Position numbers and translations under genes: made by a program. Positions 1-7,314 of a DNA stretch of 32,000 bases are shown in pieces. The notes under the pieces were generated by a model. That model was given only the letters and a program-made list of their open reading frames with translations, was not told the origin of the DNA and made no database searches. Source of the stretch: Candidatus Saccharimonadota bacterium (GTDB taxonomy: Bacteria > Patescibacteriota > Saccharimonadia > Saccharimonadales > UBA4665); contig OY970322.1 of NCBI GenBank assembly GCA_963716945.1, positions 630,001 to 662,000 of the forward strand, given 5' to 3'. Position 1 is the first letter of the stretch. Each line of letters opens with the position of its first letter.

Positions 1-679
1 TATTGCCCGGCGCGAACGGGTTTGCCGTGCCTCCGCCGCCACCGCTTCCGCCCGTACCTCCGCCGCCAGTTCCGCCGGTCCCACCGCCACTGCCGCCACC
101 GCTTCCTGTGCCTGTCGATCCGCCACCGGTACTGCCAGAACCGCTGCCGGTCTGGCTGCCGCCGGCCGGTGCCGGCGAAGTCGGAGTCTCTTCCGCGACT
201 TCGGTAAAAACGAAATGATTATTATGGCGCGTGGCTTTCAGAATCCTCTTTACGGCCGGCTTAATTTGGCCGCCCGCCGGTTCTTCGGGTTCAACTTCGA
301 CGGGTTTATCTTCGTTACAGTCGCCGAGCGCTTCTTGAGAGTTGGCTTTGGCCTTAATAGCACGATGGACTTTTCTGGCGCCATCCTTACAGACTTCAAC
401 CAAAGTAAAAGTCTGATTATTAGGTATAACGGCTCCGCTTTCGGAACTCCTAACTATTACCTTGCCGTACTCTTGGACTTGGGGCGTCCGGCTCATGGTA
501 GCTATTTCGTGAGGCGTGCTGGCATCTGCTGCAGCTAAATCAGGCGTAAATACTAAAGCTTCGGTGGCAGCCAGCGGGGTAATAATAGCCATGCCCGACA
601 TTACGGTAGCGCTTGCTGCGCGGGCGTGCTTGATCAAGTTGCCGGCAAAAGCGGCCGGGTAAGGTCCAGTTTCGCTCAT
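1..679 (-). CDS. Hypothetical protein with N-terminal hydrophobic segment and Gly/Ser/Thr-rich low-complexity tail; 3' end runs off the window
   Basis: My own minus-strand translation from ATG 679-677 (MSETGPYPAAFAGNLIKHARAASATVMSGMAIITPLAA...GSGSGSTGGGSTGTGSGGGSGGGTGGTGGGG...) stays open to base 2. GAGGA at 694-690 lies 10 nt upstream of the ATG. The ORF is absent from the supplied track (no stop inside the window). The Pro-rich + strand ORFs 3..218 and 22..207 are its mirror image. Confidence 0.6.
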   Translation of the reverse strand, partial: MSETGPYPAAFAGNLIKHARAASATVMSGMAIITPLAATEALVFTPDLAAADASTPHEIATMSRTPQVQEYGKVIVRSSESGAVIPNNQTFTLVEVCKDGARKVHRAIKAKANSQEALGDCNEDKPVEVEPEEPAGGQIKPAVKRILKATRHNNHFVFTEVAEETPTSPAPAGGSQTGSGSGSTGGGSTGTGSGGGSGGGTGGTGGGGTGGSGGGGGTANPFAPGN

Positions 680-707
680 ATGATCGATGTCCTCATTAGG
701 CTACTAT

Positions 708-736
708 AATTTAACATAAAAACGCATGTTTGTATA
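708..736 (-). promoter_or_regulatory. Putative promoter, a diverged copy of the cassette promoter module, here with a ~28-nt SD-containing leader
   Basis: The minus strand reads TATACA-17 nt-TAAATT (CTATACAAACATGCGTTTTTATGTTAAATTAT). This aligns with the module at 9466-9500 (CTATACAAATACCACGTTTTGTGGTATTTTAT). Confidence 0.35.
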
Positions 737-775
737 GTTTTTACATCTCTGTTGATGCTCCTCAATATCACGGTT

Positions 776-1465
776 TTAACGAATGTCGTTTGACGGATTA
801 CGAAGACTTACTTGTACCGAAGCGATTAGTTTAGCTGCCCCTCTATCGGTTAAGAAGAAGTCGATCGGCCGCGCATCCGGTTTAATCGAAGCGACTACTT
901 CAAACGGAGCATGTTCGACATATCTATCCCGGTCAAAACGAAACCTTTCATAGTCATATTGAACGATAACCGGGGCGACGGGAGACTCGCTGCTAGGATA
1001 TACGGCAAACCCGCACTCTTCTAGCCGGCGTTCCGGGCGGCGTTTGCGGCCTTGGTTGACGTAAGCCGGAGTATGGCTATCAAAGCGGAAATGGAGTACC
1101 GGTCCTAGAGGAGTCGACCCTACGCCTTCAAGCGGTTCGCCGGAAGCCTCTCGGTTATATGTGCTGCCTTTCGGGGTAAGTGTTCTGAGAGCGCTCCAGT
1201 GTTCATCGGAAAGTATAGGTACGGCTAGTTCCTGCTCAAGCTCCGCCGCTTCTTGTAATGCTTGCTCGTCCCCCAGAATGCGGCCGACACTGCGGAGTGC
1301 GAGCACCTTATCAGGAGCAGGCTCAAGCGACGTGGCCATAACTCTGAGTACTTGGGCCAAGTCAGGGTTTTCGGCAATAGCTAACTCCCCTAGGCCAATG
1401 AGTTTAGCCGAGAAAGGCTGGCTGGCGGCCTCCAATTCGCCAAGTCTTGCATCCAAACTGCTCAT
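776..1465 (-). CDS. Hypothetical protein (229 aa), no family recognised
   Basis: ORF 776..1501 in the track. I place the start at the internal ATG 1465 (MSSLDARLGELE...) because a promoter module ends 7 nt upstream and there is no SD. Confidence 0.7.
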   Translation of the reverse strand: MSSLDARLGELEAASQPFSAKLIGLGELAIAENPDLAQVLRVMATSLEPAPDKVLALRSVGRILGDEQALQEAAELEQELAVPILSDEHWSALRTLTPKGSTYNREASGEPLEGVGSTPLGPVLHFRFDSHTPAYVNQGRKRRPERRLEECGFAVYPSSESPVAPVIVQYDYERFRFDRDRYVEHAPFEVVASIKPDARPIDFFLTDRGAAKLIASVQVSLRNPSNDIR

Positions 1466-1501
1466 AATATATAAAATACCACAAAACCTGCTATTTGACA
1501 A
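1466..1501 (-). promoter_or_regulatory. Cassette promoter module, leaderless
   Basis: Minus strand: TTGTCA (1501-1496), 17 nt, TGTGg-TATTTT (-10 at 1478-1473), then 7 nt to ATG 1465. Confidence 0.55.
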
Positions 1502-1528
1502 GTATATTACTTCCGAGTATCGGCCAGA

Positions 1529-2065
1529 TCAAATAGCGGGTTCAAGCAGCACGCCGTTCTTCGACACGGAGGGTTCGGTGCAGAGGTTGCGGTTCCAGCA
1601 GCAGGGGCGGCGTTTGCCGCTTTCGAGTTTCGAGCAGCCGACTTCTATGCGTCTCTGGCGGGTTTCGGACTTGCCGGTCGAACGTATCCAGCGCATCCAT
1701 TCCCAGCGGGCCATAGGCGTGATTTGCTGCCAGAGGTCCTGCACCCGTTCCGGGGCGGCCGCGAGGGCATTCTTCAAGTCGGCCGGCAGTTCGGGCTCGG
1801 GCCAGTCTTTCATCGGTTCGATTGCCAGCATTACCGTGTCACCGACATCGGCTTTGGCGTTTTTGAGCAGGCCGGCGTCGACCCTGAACCAGTGGCTTCC
1901 CTTGCCGTCCGGTTCAAGCGGGGTCTGGAAACGGAAGCCGTTGATCGTGCCCTCGACCATCGCCTGGCCGCGTGACGGCAGCTTGGCGCTGGCGCTCTCC
2001 GGCAGCCGCAGGATGGTCCACGAGCCGATTTTGGACAGCTTGGCTTCGAAACGAATTGACGGCAT
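1529..2065 (-). CDS. DUF1905 / YdeI (OmpD-associated) family protein
   Basis: The N-terminus (FEAKLSKIGSWTILRLP...GQAMVEGTINGFRFQTPLEPDGKGSHWFRV) is typical of DUF1905. The C-terminus (PADLKNAL...WEWMRWIRSTGKSETRQRRIE) is typical of YdeI. GGAG lies 8 nt upstream of ATG 2065. Confidence 0.8.
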   Translation of the reverse strand: MPSIRFEAKLSKIGSWTILRLPESASAKLPSRGQAMVEGTINGFRFQTPLEPDGKGSHWFRVDAGLLKNAKADVGDTVMLAIEPMKDWPEPELPADLKNALAAAPERVQDLWQQITPMARWEWMRWIRSTGKSETRQRRIEVGCSKLESGKRRPCCWNRNLCTEPSVSKNGVLLEPAI

Positions 2066-2219
2066 GGTGCTGACTCCTTAGTTTAGGGGGTTATGCCCAG
2101 TTTAATAATATCAAAATCCGCGGGCCGCCGTTAGCACAAGGCCGCTGTAATATTATTCATTGAGCCTTCTACCCTACTCCGATAGGATTGGGACTGTATC
2201 GTAACGCAAGGAGGGCACA

Positions 2220-2762
2220 ATGGCACAGCTATCAGGCAAGAAAGTAGCTATCTTAGTCGACAACTATTTCGAGGAGGCGGAGTTCACGGGGCCGCTCAAG
2301 GCACTCCAAAAAGCCGGCGCCACGGTGGAAGTCGTCGCGGCCGAGCCCAAGAACGGCAAGGTCCAGGCGCTTAACCATGTCAAGATGGGCAAAAGCTTTC
2401 CTATAGACAAAACTTTGGACGAGGCCGAAGTCGAAGATTATGACGCTCTGGTTTTGCCCGGCGGCGCCATCAATGTCGACCAGCTGCGTATGCAAAGCAA
2501 GGCCCGAGAATGGGTCAGAAGCATCGCCAAGGATGGCAAGCCGCTGGCGGTCATCTGCCACGCCCCATGGGTACTTGTCAGCGCCGGCTTGGCCCAAGGC
2601 CGCAAGCTGACCAGCTATTTCACTATCCAGGACGACCTTATCGACGCGGGCGCCGACTGGGTTGACGAACAGGTCGTGGTTGACGGCAATATCATTACCA
2701 GCCGTAAGCCGGACGACATTCCGGCCTTTAACGAAGCTTTGATATCGATGTTGGCGGTCTGA
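2220..2762 (+). CDS. DJ-1/PfpI family protein (type 1 glutamine amidotransferase-like, YhbO-type)
   Basis: The protein has KKVAILVDNYFEEAEF, DALVLPGG, a nucleophile-elbow AVICHAPWVL and a VVVDGNIITSRKPDD pattern. GGAGGG lies upstream of the ATG. Confidence 0.9.
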   Translation: MAQLSGKKVAILVDNYFEEAEFTGPLKALQKAGATVEVVAAEPKNGKVQALNHVKMGKSFPIDKTLDEAEVEDYDALVLPGGAINVDQLRMQSKAREWVRSIAKDGKPLAVICHAPWVLVSAGLAQGRKLTSYFTIQDDLIDAGADWVDEQVVVDGNIITSRKPDDIPAFNEALISMLAV

Positions 2763-2818
2763 CATGTCAGAGGCTCGTAAAGCCGGCGCCAAGCCGCCTA
2801 AGCAATAAGGAGGATTAC

Positions 2819-2965
2819 ATGCTACGAATAATTGTTGGAGTACTGTTAGCTTTTTGGATAATCGGTCTGTTGGCGCACATTGCCGGCGGCTTCATTTACA
2901 CGTTGTTGGCCATAGCCGTCATCGTGTTTATTTACGACAGCTTAGTCAGAAGCCGGTCGGTCTAG
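2819..2965 (+). CDS. Small membrane protein, lmo0937-like family (48 aa)
   Basis: Not in the ORF track. ATG 2819 is preceded by AGGAGG (2809-2814). My translation is MLRIIVGVLLAFWIIGLLAHIAGGFIYTLLAIAVIVFIYDSLVRSRSV, with stop TAG at 2963-2965. It has two hydrophobic helices and a basic tail, like lmo0937-type peptides. Confidence 0.7.
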   Translation: MLRIIVGVLLAFWIIGLLAHIAGGFIYTLLAIAVIVFIYDSLVRSRSV

Positions 2966-3058
2966 GCCGAGATTTGCCTGTTCTTACACCCAGAAAAAGC
3001 AGACGGATGTCTTCATAGGCTTGCTATTGGATATGAGGGTATATAAATGACCCTAATA

Positions 3059-3580
3059 TTATTTTTTAATAACAGTGAGAATCTCAGATTTTGTATCTAA
3101 GAAAATCCAGTCCGGTGATTTTAGGACTTCATTCACGCAGGCTACCATCGTTTGTTCTATTTCGTGGGCGTCTTCTCTAGCCGTTCTTCCTATAGGGCAG
3201 ATAGACAGTATGCCGTCCGGACGGATCACCCTTGTACACTCTTGAAAGAAACCGACTATCTCCCCAGGATCTTTGCCCCATAAAGGTAAGCTGTAGGTTG
3301 CCAGAGCTATATCAGCCGATGCATCAGGCACAGGTAAGTCATCCAGTTGAGCGAGGATTAGACGTGTGGCAGACTTGCCTTGCCTGGCTTCTTGCAGCAC
3401 ATCGGGGTTTTCATCAAATCCTGTAACGGTGGCTTTTACTCCTCGTGCCGCAAGGTCTGACGCAAGATCGTTATAACCGCACCCCAAGTCGTAAACCACC
3501 ATGCTTTCAAAGATGCCAACGGGTAACTCATGAGAGCGTAAGACATGGTCTAAGCCACCGCCTAACGAGGGAGTATGCAC
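3059..3580 (-). CDS. Class I SAM-dependent methyltransferase
   Basis: Motif I is VVYDLGCGYNDLASDLAARG. The later segment RVIRPDGILSI also fits. The GTG start lies 8 nt after the stop of the upstream gene, which suggests co-transcription. Confidence 0.8.
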   Translation of the reverse strand: MHTPSLGGGLDHVLRSHELPVGIFESMVVYDLGCGYNDLASDLAARGVKATVTGFDENPDVLQEARQGKSATRLILAQLDDLPVPDASADIALATYSLPLWGKDPGEIVGFFQECTRVIRPDGILSICPIGRTAREDAHEIEQTMVACVNEVLKSPDWIFLDTKSEILTVIKK

Positions 3581-3588
3581 GTGATAGA

Positions 3589-4290
3589 TTAACCGTCTAG
3601 CGTCGGAATATGTATCTTTCGCGCAGGCTCAGGCCCCACGTCGTGCAGAGGTTCAGAGCCGACATATATTATCTGTACGTCCGGGCCTACAAATCTCTGG
3701 TCAGCGCCTGCTTGATAGGCCTCTTGGTTACGTATAACGCCAGGCCAAGTCTCAGGTCTTTCGGTTGGCAAAGCTCCTCCGTCCAGCTCTTGCAGGACTT
3801 GTGTGGCACGAATAATTCTAGCCAGGTCTTGCTCGAAACGGCTCGCCGGCCTTGCAGCTATTATGTCTCCGCGTAACGTTGACCAAGGCATATCATAGCT
3901 GCCATCGGTAGGGTCTGAAGGGTCGGCATCTCCGCTAGAGTTATGCCGCTGAAAGCCTGTATTAAAGGTCACGGACACCCGGGGTTCTCGGTAGGAACCG
4001 CCTTGAAATCTAGGCCTCATCTCAATAAAGAAAAAATGGTCTTCGGTCTTGCCGCTGCCATCAAAGAAAACCGCCCCATTTAAAACAGCGGTATCCAATT
4101 CATCCGGTTGCAACGGTTCTCCCGTGCGGATGGATGATAAGACTTGCGCTAGCTCTACGGCAGCGTCAATCTGTCTGTTAATTTTATCGCCGTGTGTTGC
4201 AACGACATCAAGGCCCCAGTTATCTATGAACAAACTAGGTTGGGTATCGGTGCGAAAATCATTCCGGGACTCTATAGCTGCGGCTGACAT
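3589..4290 (-). CDS. Hypothetical protein (233 aa)
   Basis: ORF 3589..4326 in the track. I place the start at ATG 4290 (MSAAAIESRND...), which sits 7 nt after a -10 box. Confidence 0.65.
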   Translation of the reverse strand: MSAAAIESRNDFRTDTQPSLFIDNWGLDVVATHGDKINRQIDAAVELAQVLSSIRTGEPLQPDELDTAVLNGAVFFDGSGKTEDHFFFIEMRPRFQGGSYREPRVSVTFNTGFQRHNSSGDADPSDPTDGSYDMPWSTLRGDIIAARPASRFEQDLARIIRATQVLQELDGGALPTERPETWPGVIRNQEAYQAGADQRFVGPDVQIIYVGSEPLHDVGPEPARKIHIPTLDG

Positions 4291-4326
4291 GTTTACAAAT
4301 ATGACAGAAACAGCTAAAAAAGTCAA
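4291..4326 (-). promoter_or_regulatory. Putative leaderless promoter
   Basis: Minus strand: TTGACT (4326-4321), 17 nt, CATATT (4303-4298), then 7 nt to ATG 4290. Confidence 0.45.
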
Positions 4327-4381
4327 GCAAGGGGCAAGGAGATTATAACAAGTGGACTTCTCAACTTAGTTGTTGTCTGTA

Positions 4382-5245
4382 TCAACCCAAAGCGTGCGTC
4401 TCGAACTGGGCGTACATGGCCTCGAAATATTCCTGGGTGTATTCTTCCTCTAATGGTGCGCCGATCCGCTTGCAAAATATCGGCGCCCAGGCCAGGTTGA
4501 TAGCCGAGGCCGCGTAGGCGATGTCTTCCCGGATTGACCCGCCCAGCTGCTCGTACTGCCGTTTGACGTGGGGCCAGACCGGCCGGTCGGCCAGTTGGTA
4601 CAAGCTGAGAGAGGGGTTCGTGACTGTGAAATCGCCCCAGTCAACCAGGCCATGGACATGCCCGGTGCCGTCTACTTGCGTGTTGCTCAGGGTAAAATCC
4701 GCATGGCTCAGGGTGTTTGCGGAGGCCGATTTCAGGAGCTTGTCTTCCAAGTAGCTGGCGGCCTTTTTGACCCGAGCATTAACGCCCCGATCAGGTTCTT
4801 CGCGCATGACCAGGCCGGCCTTGTCTCCCAGGATATGTGCCAATAACTTATCTTTGTCTCCGAAGGTGCTTTGCCAGCGCCTGACGTAGGTTTTGGACCG
4901 GGTATGCAAGGCGAAGATAATCTTGCCTAAATCTTCACCAAGCCTTTTCGTTTGCCGCTCATCGAAATCAAGTATCGCCGCCCGGGCGCTGGTCCCCGGA
5001 ACGCGTTCCATACGGTTGCAGTAAACGTAGGCCTTGCCGTCTATTTTCCAGTTGCCTGCACCTACGACTTCCAATAACTTTGGAATGGTACAGCCGATGC
5101 TTAGGCCTTCGCCCTTCAGGCTGCCCAAAAAGCTTAGCTGTTGCTGTTCGTTTATGCCGTTAGCTTCGACAAGGTAAAACTTCTTGACCGCGCCGGCCGA
5201 GTCCGCGACGACAATCCCTCCGTGGCCCTCACCGATAATTTCCAT
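4382..5245 (-). CDS. Aminoglycoside phosphotransferase (APH)/choline-kinase family kinase
   Basis: It has a glycine-rich loop (GEGHGG), a lysine in AVKKF, a catalytic loop HADFTLSN (HxDxxxxN) and VDWGD (the DFG equivalent). Confidence 0.8.
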   Translation of the reverse strand: MEIIGEGHGGIVVADSAGAVKKFYLVEANGINEQQQLSFLGSLKGEGLSIGCTIPKLLEVVGAGNWKIDGKAYVYCNRMERVPGTSARAAILDFDERQTKRLGEDLGKIIFALHTRSKTYVRRWQSTFGDKDKLLAHILGDKAGLVMREEPDRGVNARVKKAASYLEDKLLKSASANTLSHADFTLSNTQVDGTGHVHGLVDWGDFTVTNPSLSLYQLADRPVWPHVKRQYEQLGGSIREDIAYAASAINLAWAPIFCKRIGAPLEEEYTQEYFEAMYAQFETHALG

Positions 5246-5527
5246 AATAAAGCAGATACCTATAAGCCCTAGCTTAGGCTAGCGGTTCGCAGCCTTTCCT
5301 TGCTTCAACATGTTAACTATACAGGCAGAACGAAACGTCAGGCAATGCTGCCGGTGCGCGGGCACTGCCAGCTTTAATTTACTCTGCGGGTTCGGACTCT
5401 AGGAGGTGGGCTACGACTCTATGCGTAGTGAATAATCTAGTTCCGAAGTCTTTTCTATCGGTGTCGTGAACGCCAAGCTTTCCTGGCTGCGAACAATAAA
5501 GTCTTTGTAAATAATAAAAGGCTTAGT

Positions 5528-5977
5528 TTAACGGCCGATACTTATCATTTGGCCGGCCCCCCACTCGTTTAGGCCGTCTGCCGGCGCTACGCCCATAACA
5601 CTCTCTATACTTCCCGACGGGCCTCTTAATAAAGGCCGAAGCTCCGGTTCGGCTAAGCTTACGTCACCCCCAAGAACCATGGACCAAAATACCTCTTGAG
5701 CCAAACGCGCCCCGTGCATTACCTCGCCCAAGGCGCTTGGGGCTGTCCTTTCGGTATAGGTCTCACCCATTACCGGCACCTGTAGGTAAATTATATCTCG
5801 GAGGAGGGCCTCGCCAATGTAGGGAGGTGAAGTGTCTGCGTAGGCCGGTGCTATGAACCGTACTCCTTCATCCGGCCTTAACCAAGTATCGCTTTGAGCA
5901 TGCAAGCCTGCAGCCGCTTCGGCCGCATCATGCGTAAAGCCTTCTGGCGGGGAAATGCCCTGGTAAGAAACTCCCAT
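5528..5977 (-). CDS. Hypothetical protein (149 aa)
   Basis: ORF with ATG 5977 placed 6 nt after an extended -10 box. No family recognised. Confidence 0.65.
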   Translation of the reverse strand: MGVSYQGISPPEGFTHDAAEAAAGLHAQSDTWLRPDEGVRFIAPAYADTSPPYIGEALLRDIIYLQVPVMGETYTERTAPSALGEVMHGARLAQEVFWSMVLGGDVSLAEPELRPLLRGPSGSIESVMGVAPADGLNEWGAGQMISIGR

Positions 5978-6063
5978 ATCTATATTATATCATATAAATA
6001 CAATATAGTAAATCTTAACTCCTATTCCGGGGCCTGCCCAGATGATTTGGTTATAATTTGATT
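5978..6063. promoter_or_regulatory. Divergent leaderless promoter pair
   Basis: Minus strand: TGaTATAAT (-10 at 5989-5984), then 6 nt to ATG 5977. Plus strand: TATAAT at 6052-6057, then 6 nt to ATG 6064. No SD on either side. Confidence 0.45.
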
Positions 6064-6624
6064 ATGGCCCAAATTATTATCGATAGTAAGCTGACGCTTT
6101 CGGAGGCGTTAAACGGTTCGGCGGCACCCGAAGAGGTTATCGCAGCCCTTGCGATTGTAGACATAAGGTACCTCGGCTTTGATAATAGAATCCATCAAGG
6201 CCAAATAGTAATACACAAAGCGCTGCGAGCCGAAGTAGCCGGCATCTTCAAACAGCTATTGCTCAATAAATTCCCTATCTTTAAGGCCGTGCCGATCGTG
6301 GCTTATGGCTGGGATGACCACAAGAGCATCAAGGACAACAATACCTCGGCTTTTAACTACCGGAACGTGTTCGCCACGAACCGGCTCTCCAACCATTCCT
6401 ACGGCAGAGCCATAGACATCAATCCGTTGGTAAATCCTTATGTGACCGAAGACGGCATAGTCAGGCCCGCCGGGCCGGAATATGATCCCGCCGCCAAAGG
6501 CGCCATCGCCGACGGCGACAAAACCGTAAGTCTATTTCTTGATTGCGGCTGGGAATGGGGCGGCCACTGGAAAGAAGAATACGGCTACGTTGACTATCAG
6601 CACTTTCAGAAACCGGTTCCCTAG
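6064..6624 (+). CDS. M15 family metallopeptidase (VanY / D-Ala-D-Ala carboxypeptidase-like)
   Basis: SNHSYGRAID matches the SxHxxGxAxD zinc motif exactly. The downstream VDYQHF supplies the DxxH ligand. I place the start at ATG 6064 rather than the track's TTG 6058. Confidence 0.8.
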   Translation: MAQIIIDSKLTLSEALNGSAAPEEVIAALAIVDIRYLGFDNRIHQGQIVIHKALRAEVAGIFKQLLLNKFPIFKAVPIVAYGWDDHKSIKDNNTSAFNYRNVFATNRLSNHSYGRAIDINPLVNPYVTEDGIVRPAGPEYDPAAKGAIADGDKTVSLFLDCGWEWGGHWKEEYGYVDYQHFQKPVP

Positions 6625-6657
6625 TCTAGATACTTCTGGGTCTCGAAATTCTTAAAT

Positions 6658-7155
6658 TTAGCTTTGGATTTCCCGTAGCAGCTTATCGCCCACGTTATTC
6701 GTAAAGCCAAGCTCCCGGTATAAGGGTATTAAAGTATTGGTTGGCGCTAATTCCGTAGCTAATCGCTTAGCCCCAAGGGCATCGGCAATCCGAACCCTTT
6801 CCCGAACTATAGTTCTGGCTAAGCCTCTATGCCTATGCCGAGGACTTATCATTAAGTGGCTCAATTCGCCAAAGACGGTTATATGTTTCAACGTTAACAG
6901 CCCTATACCGACAAGCTCGTTCTCGTTTGAGGTTCTTACCCCTACTTCAATAATATGATCCCCATAGATATCAGGACTTCCAGAGGGCCAACTGGCGCGA
7001 TCAAGCCCAGAGCTAGATGGTCCGTTCACTTCCTCGTCGAGTGTACGCAGCTCTTCTCTTCCGGCTTCTGCACCGCTTGCAAAATAGTAACCGACCGGCA
7101 GCTCCAGCCGGTTATAGGTAACTGCAACCTCCGGGCTGATAGCAAGCTGCGCCAT
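6658..7155 (-). CDS. GNAT family N-acetyltransferase
   Basis: The acetyl-CoA binding motif A is MISPRHRHRGLARTIVRERVRIADALG, followed by LYRELGF. I place the start at ATG 7155 (MAQLAISPEV), directly downstream of a promoter module. Confidence 0.85.
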   Translation of the reverse strand: MAQLAISPEVAVTYNRLELPVGYYFASGAEAGREELRTLDEEVNGPSSSGLDRASWPSGSPDIYGDHIIEVGVRTSNENELVGIGLLTLKHITVFGELSHLMISPRHRHRGLARTIVRERVRIADALGAKRLATELAPTNTLIPLYRELGFTNNVGDKLLREIQS

Positions 7156-7194
7156 AATAAACAAAATAATACCACAAAAAGCATTATTTGCATA
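7156..7194 (-). promoter_or_regulatory. Cassette promoter module
   Basis: The minus strand reads TATGCAAATAATGCTTTTTGTGGTATTATTTTGTTTATT-ATG. The TATTTT at 7168-7163 lies 7 nt before ATG 7155. Confidence 0.5.
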
Positions 7195-7205
7195 GGGCTT
7201 ATGCT

Positions 7206-7229
7206 TGGCTCCCGGACTGGATTTGAACA
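7206..7229 (-). repeat. Displaced copy of the tRNA-Asn 3' end (T-arm plus acceptor plus CCA), att-like direct repeat
   Basis: TGTTCAAATCCAGTCCGGGAGCCA aligns with the tRNA 3' end GGTTCGAATCCAGTCCCCGGAGCCA (12878-12854) at 21 of 25 positions, in the same orientation. There is no matching tRNA 5' half upstream. Confidence 0.7.
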
Positions 7230-7299
7230 AATTAAAATAGGCCTGAAATTGGTAAAGAGCTCAACAAGCCATAGGTACATGGCATTATAAGCCAAAATA

Positions 7300-7314
7300 T
7301 GCTATAATATATTT
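7300..7314 (+). promoter_or_regulatory. Putative leaderless promoter (extended -10)
   Basis: TGcTATAAT (hexamer at 7303-7308), then 6 nt to ATG 7315. No SD. Confidence 0.45.

Noticed and set aside
3-538. Plus-strand ORFs 3..218 (Pro-rich), 22..207 and 215..538
   Set aside because: They lie antisense to a longer minus-strand ORF (1..679) that has an SD and a promoter. The poly-Pro string is simply the complement of the Gly-rich (GGN) coding repeat.
1161-2081. 306-aa plus-strand ORF
   Set aside because: It spans two well-supported minus-strand genes (776..1465 and the DUF1905/YdeI gene) and the intergenic promoter. It has Ser/Ala/Arg-rich shadow-frame composition and no RBS or promoter.
2994-3015. 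Possible terminator GAAGAC-ATCC-GTCTGC-TTTTT on the minus strand after the methyltransferase gene
   Set aside because: The stem is only 4-6 bp with a mismatch. It is plausible but too weak to list as a feature.
6023-6032. The 10-nt string TATTCCGGGG matches the tRNA-Asn 5' end plus 3 upstream bases, but on the opposite strand
   Set aside because: It is too short to exclude chance in 64 kb of two-strand sequence. The match does not continue into the D-arm.
7206-7290. Possibility that the 24-nt tRNA-like stretch is part of a complete second tRNA or tRNA pseudogene
   Set aside because: I could find no complementary 5' acceptor strand, D-arm or anticodon arm in the upstream 60-80 nt. Only the T-arm and acceptor 3' strand are present.
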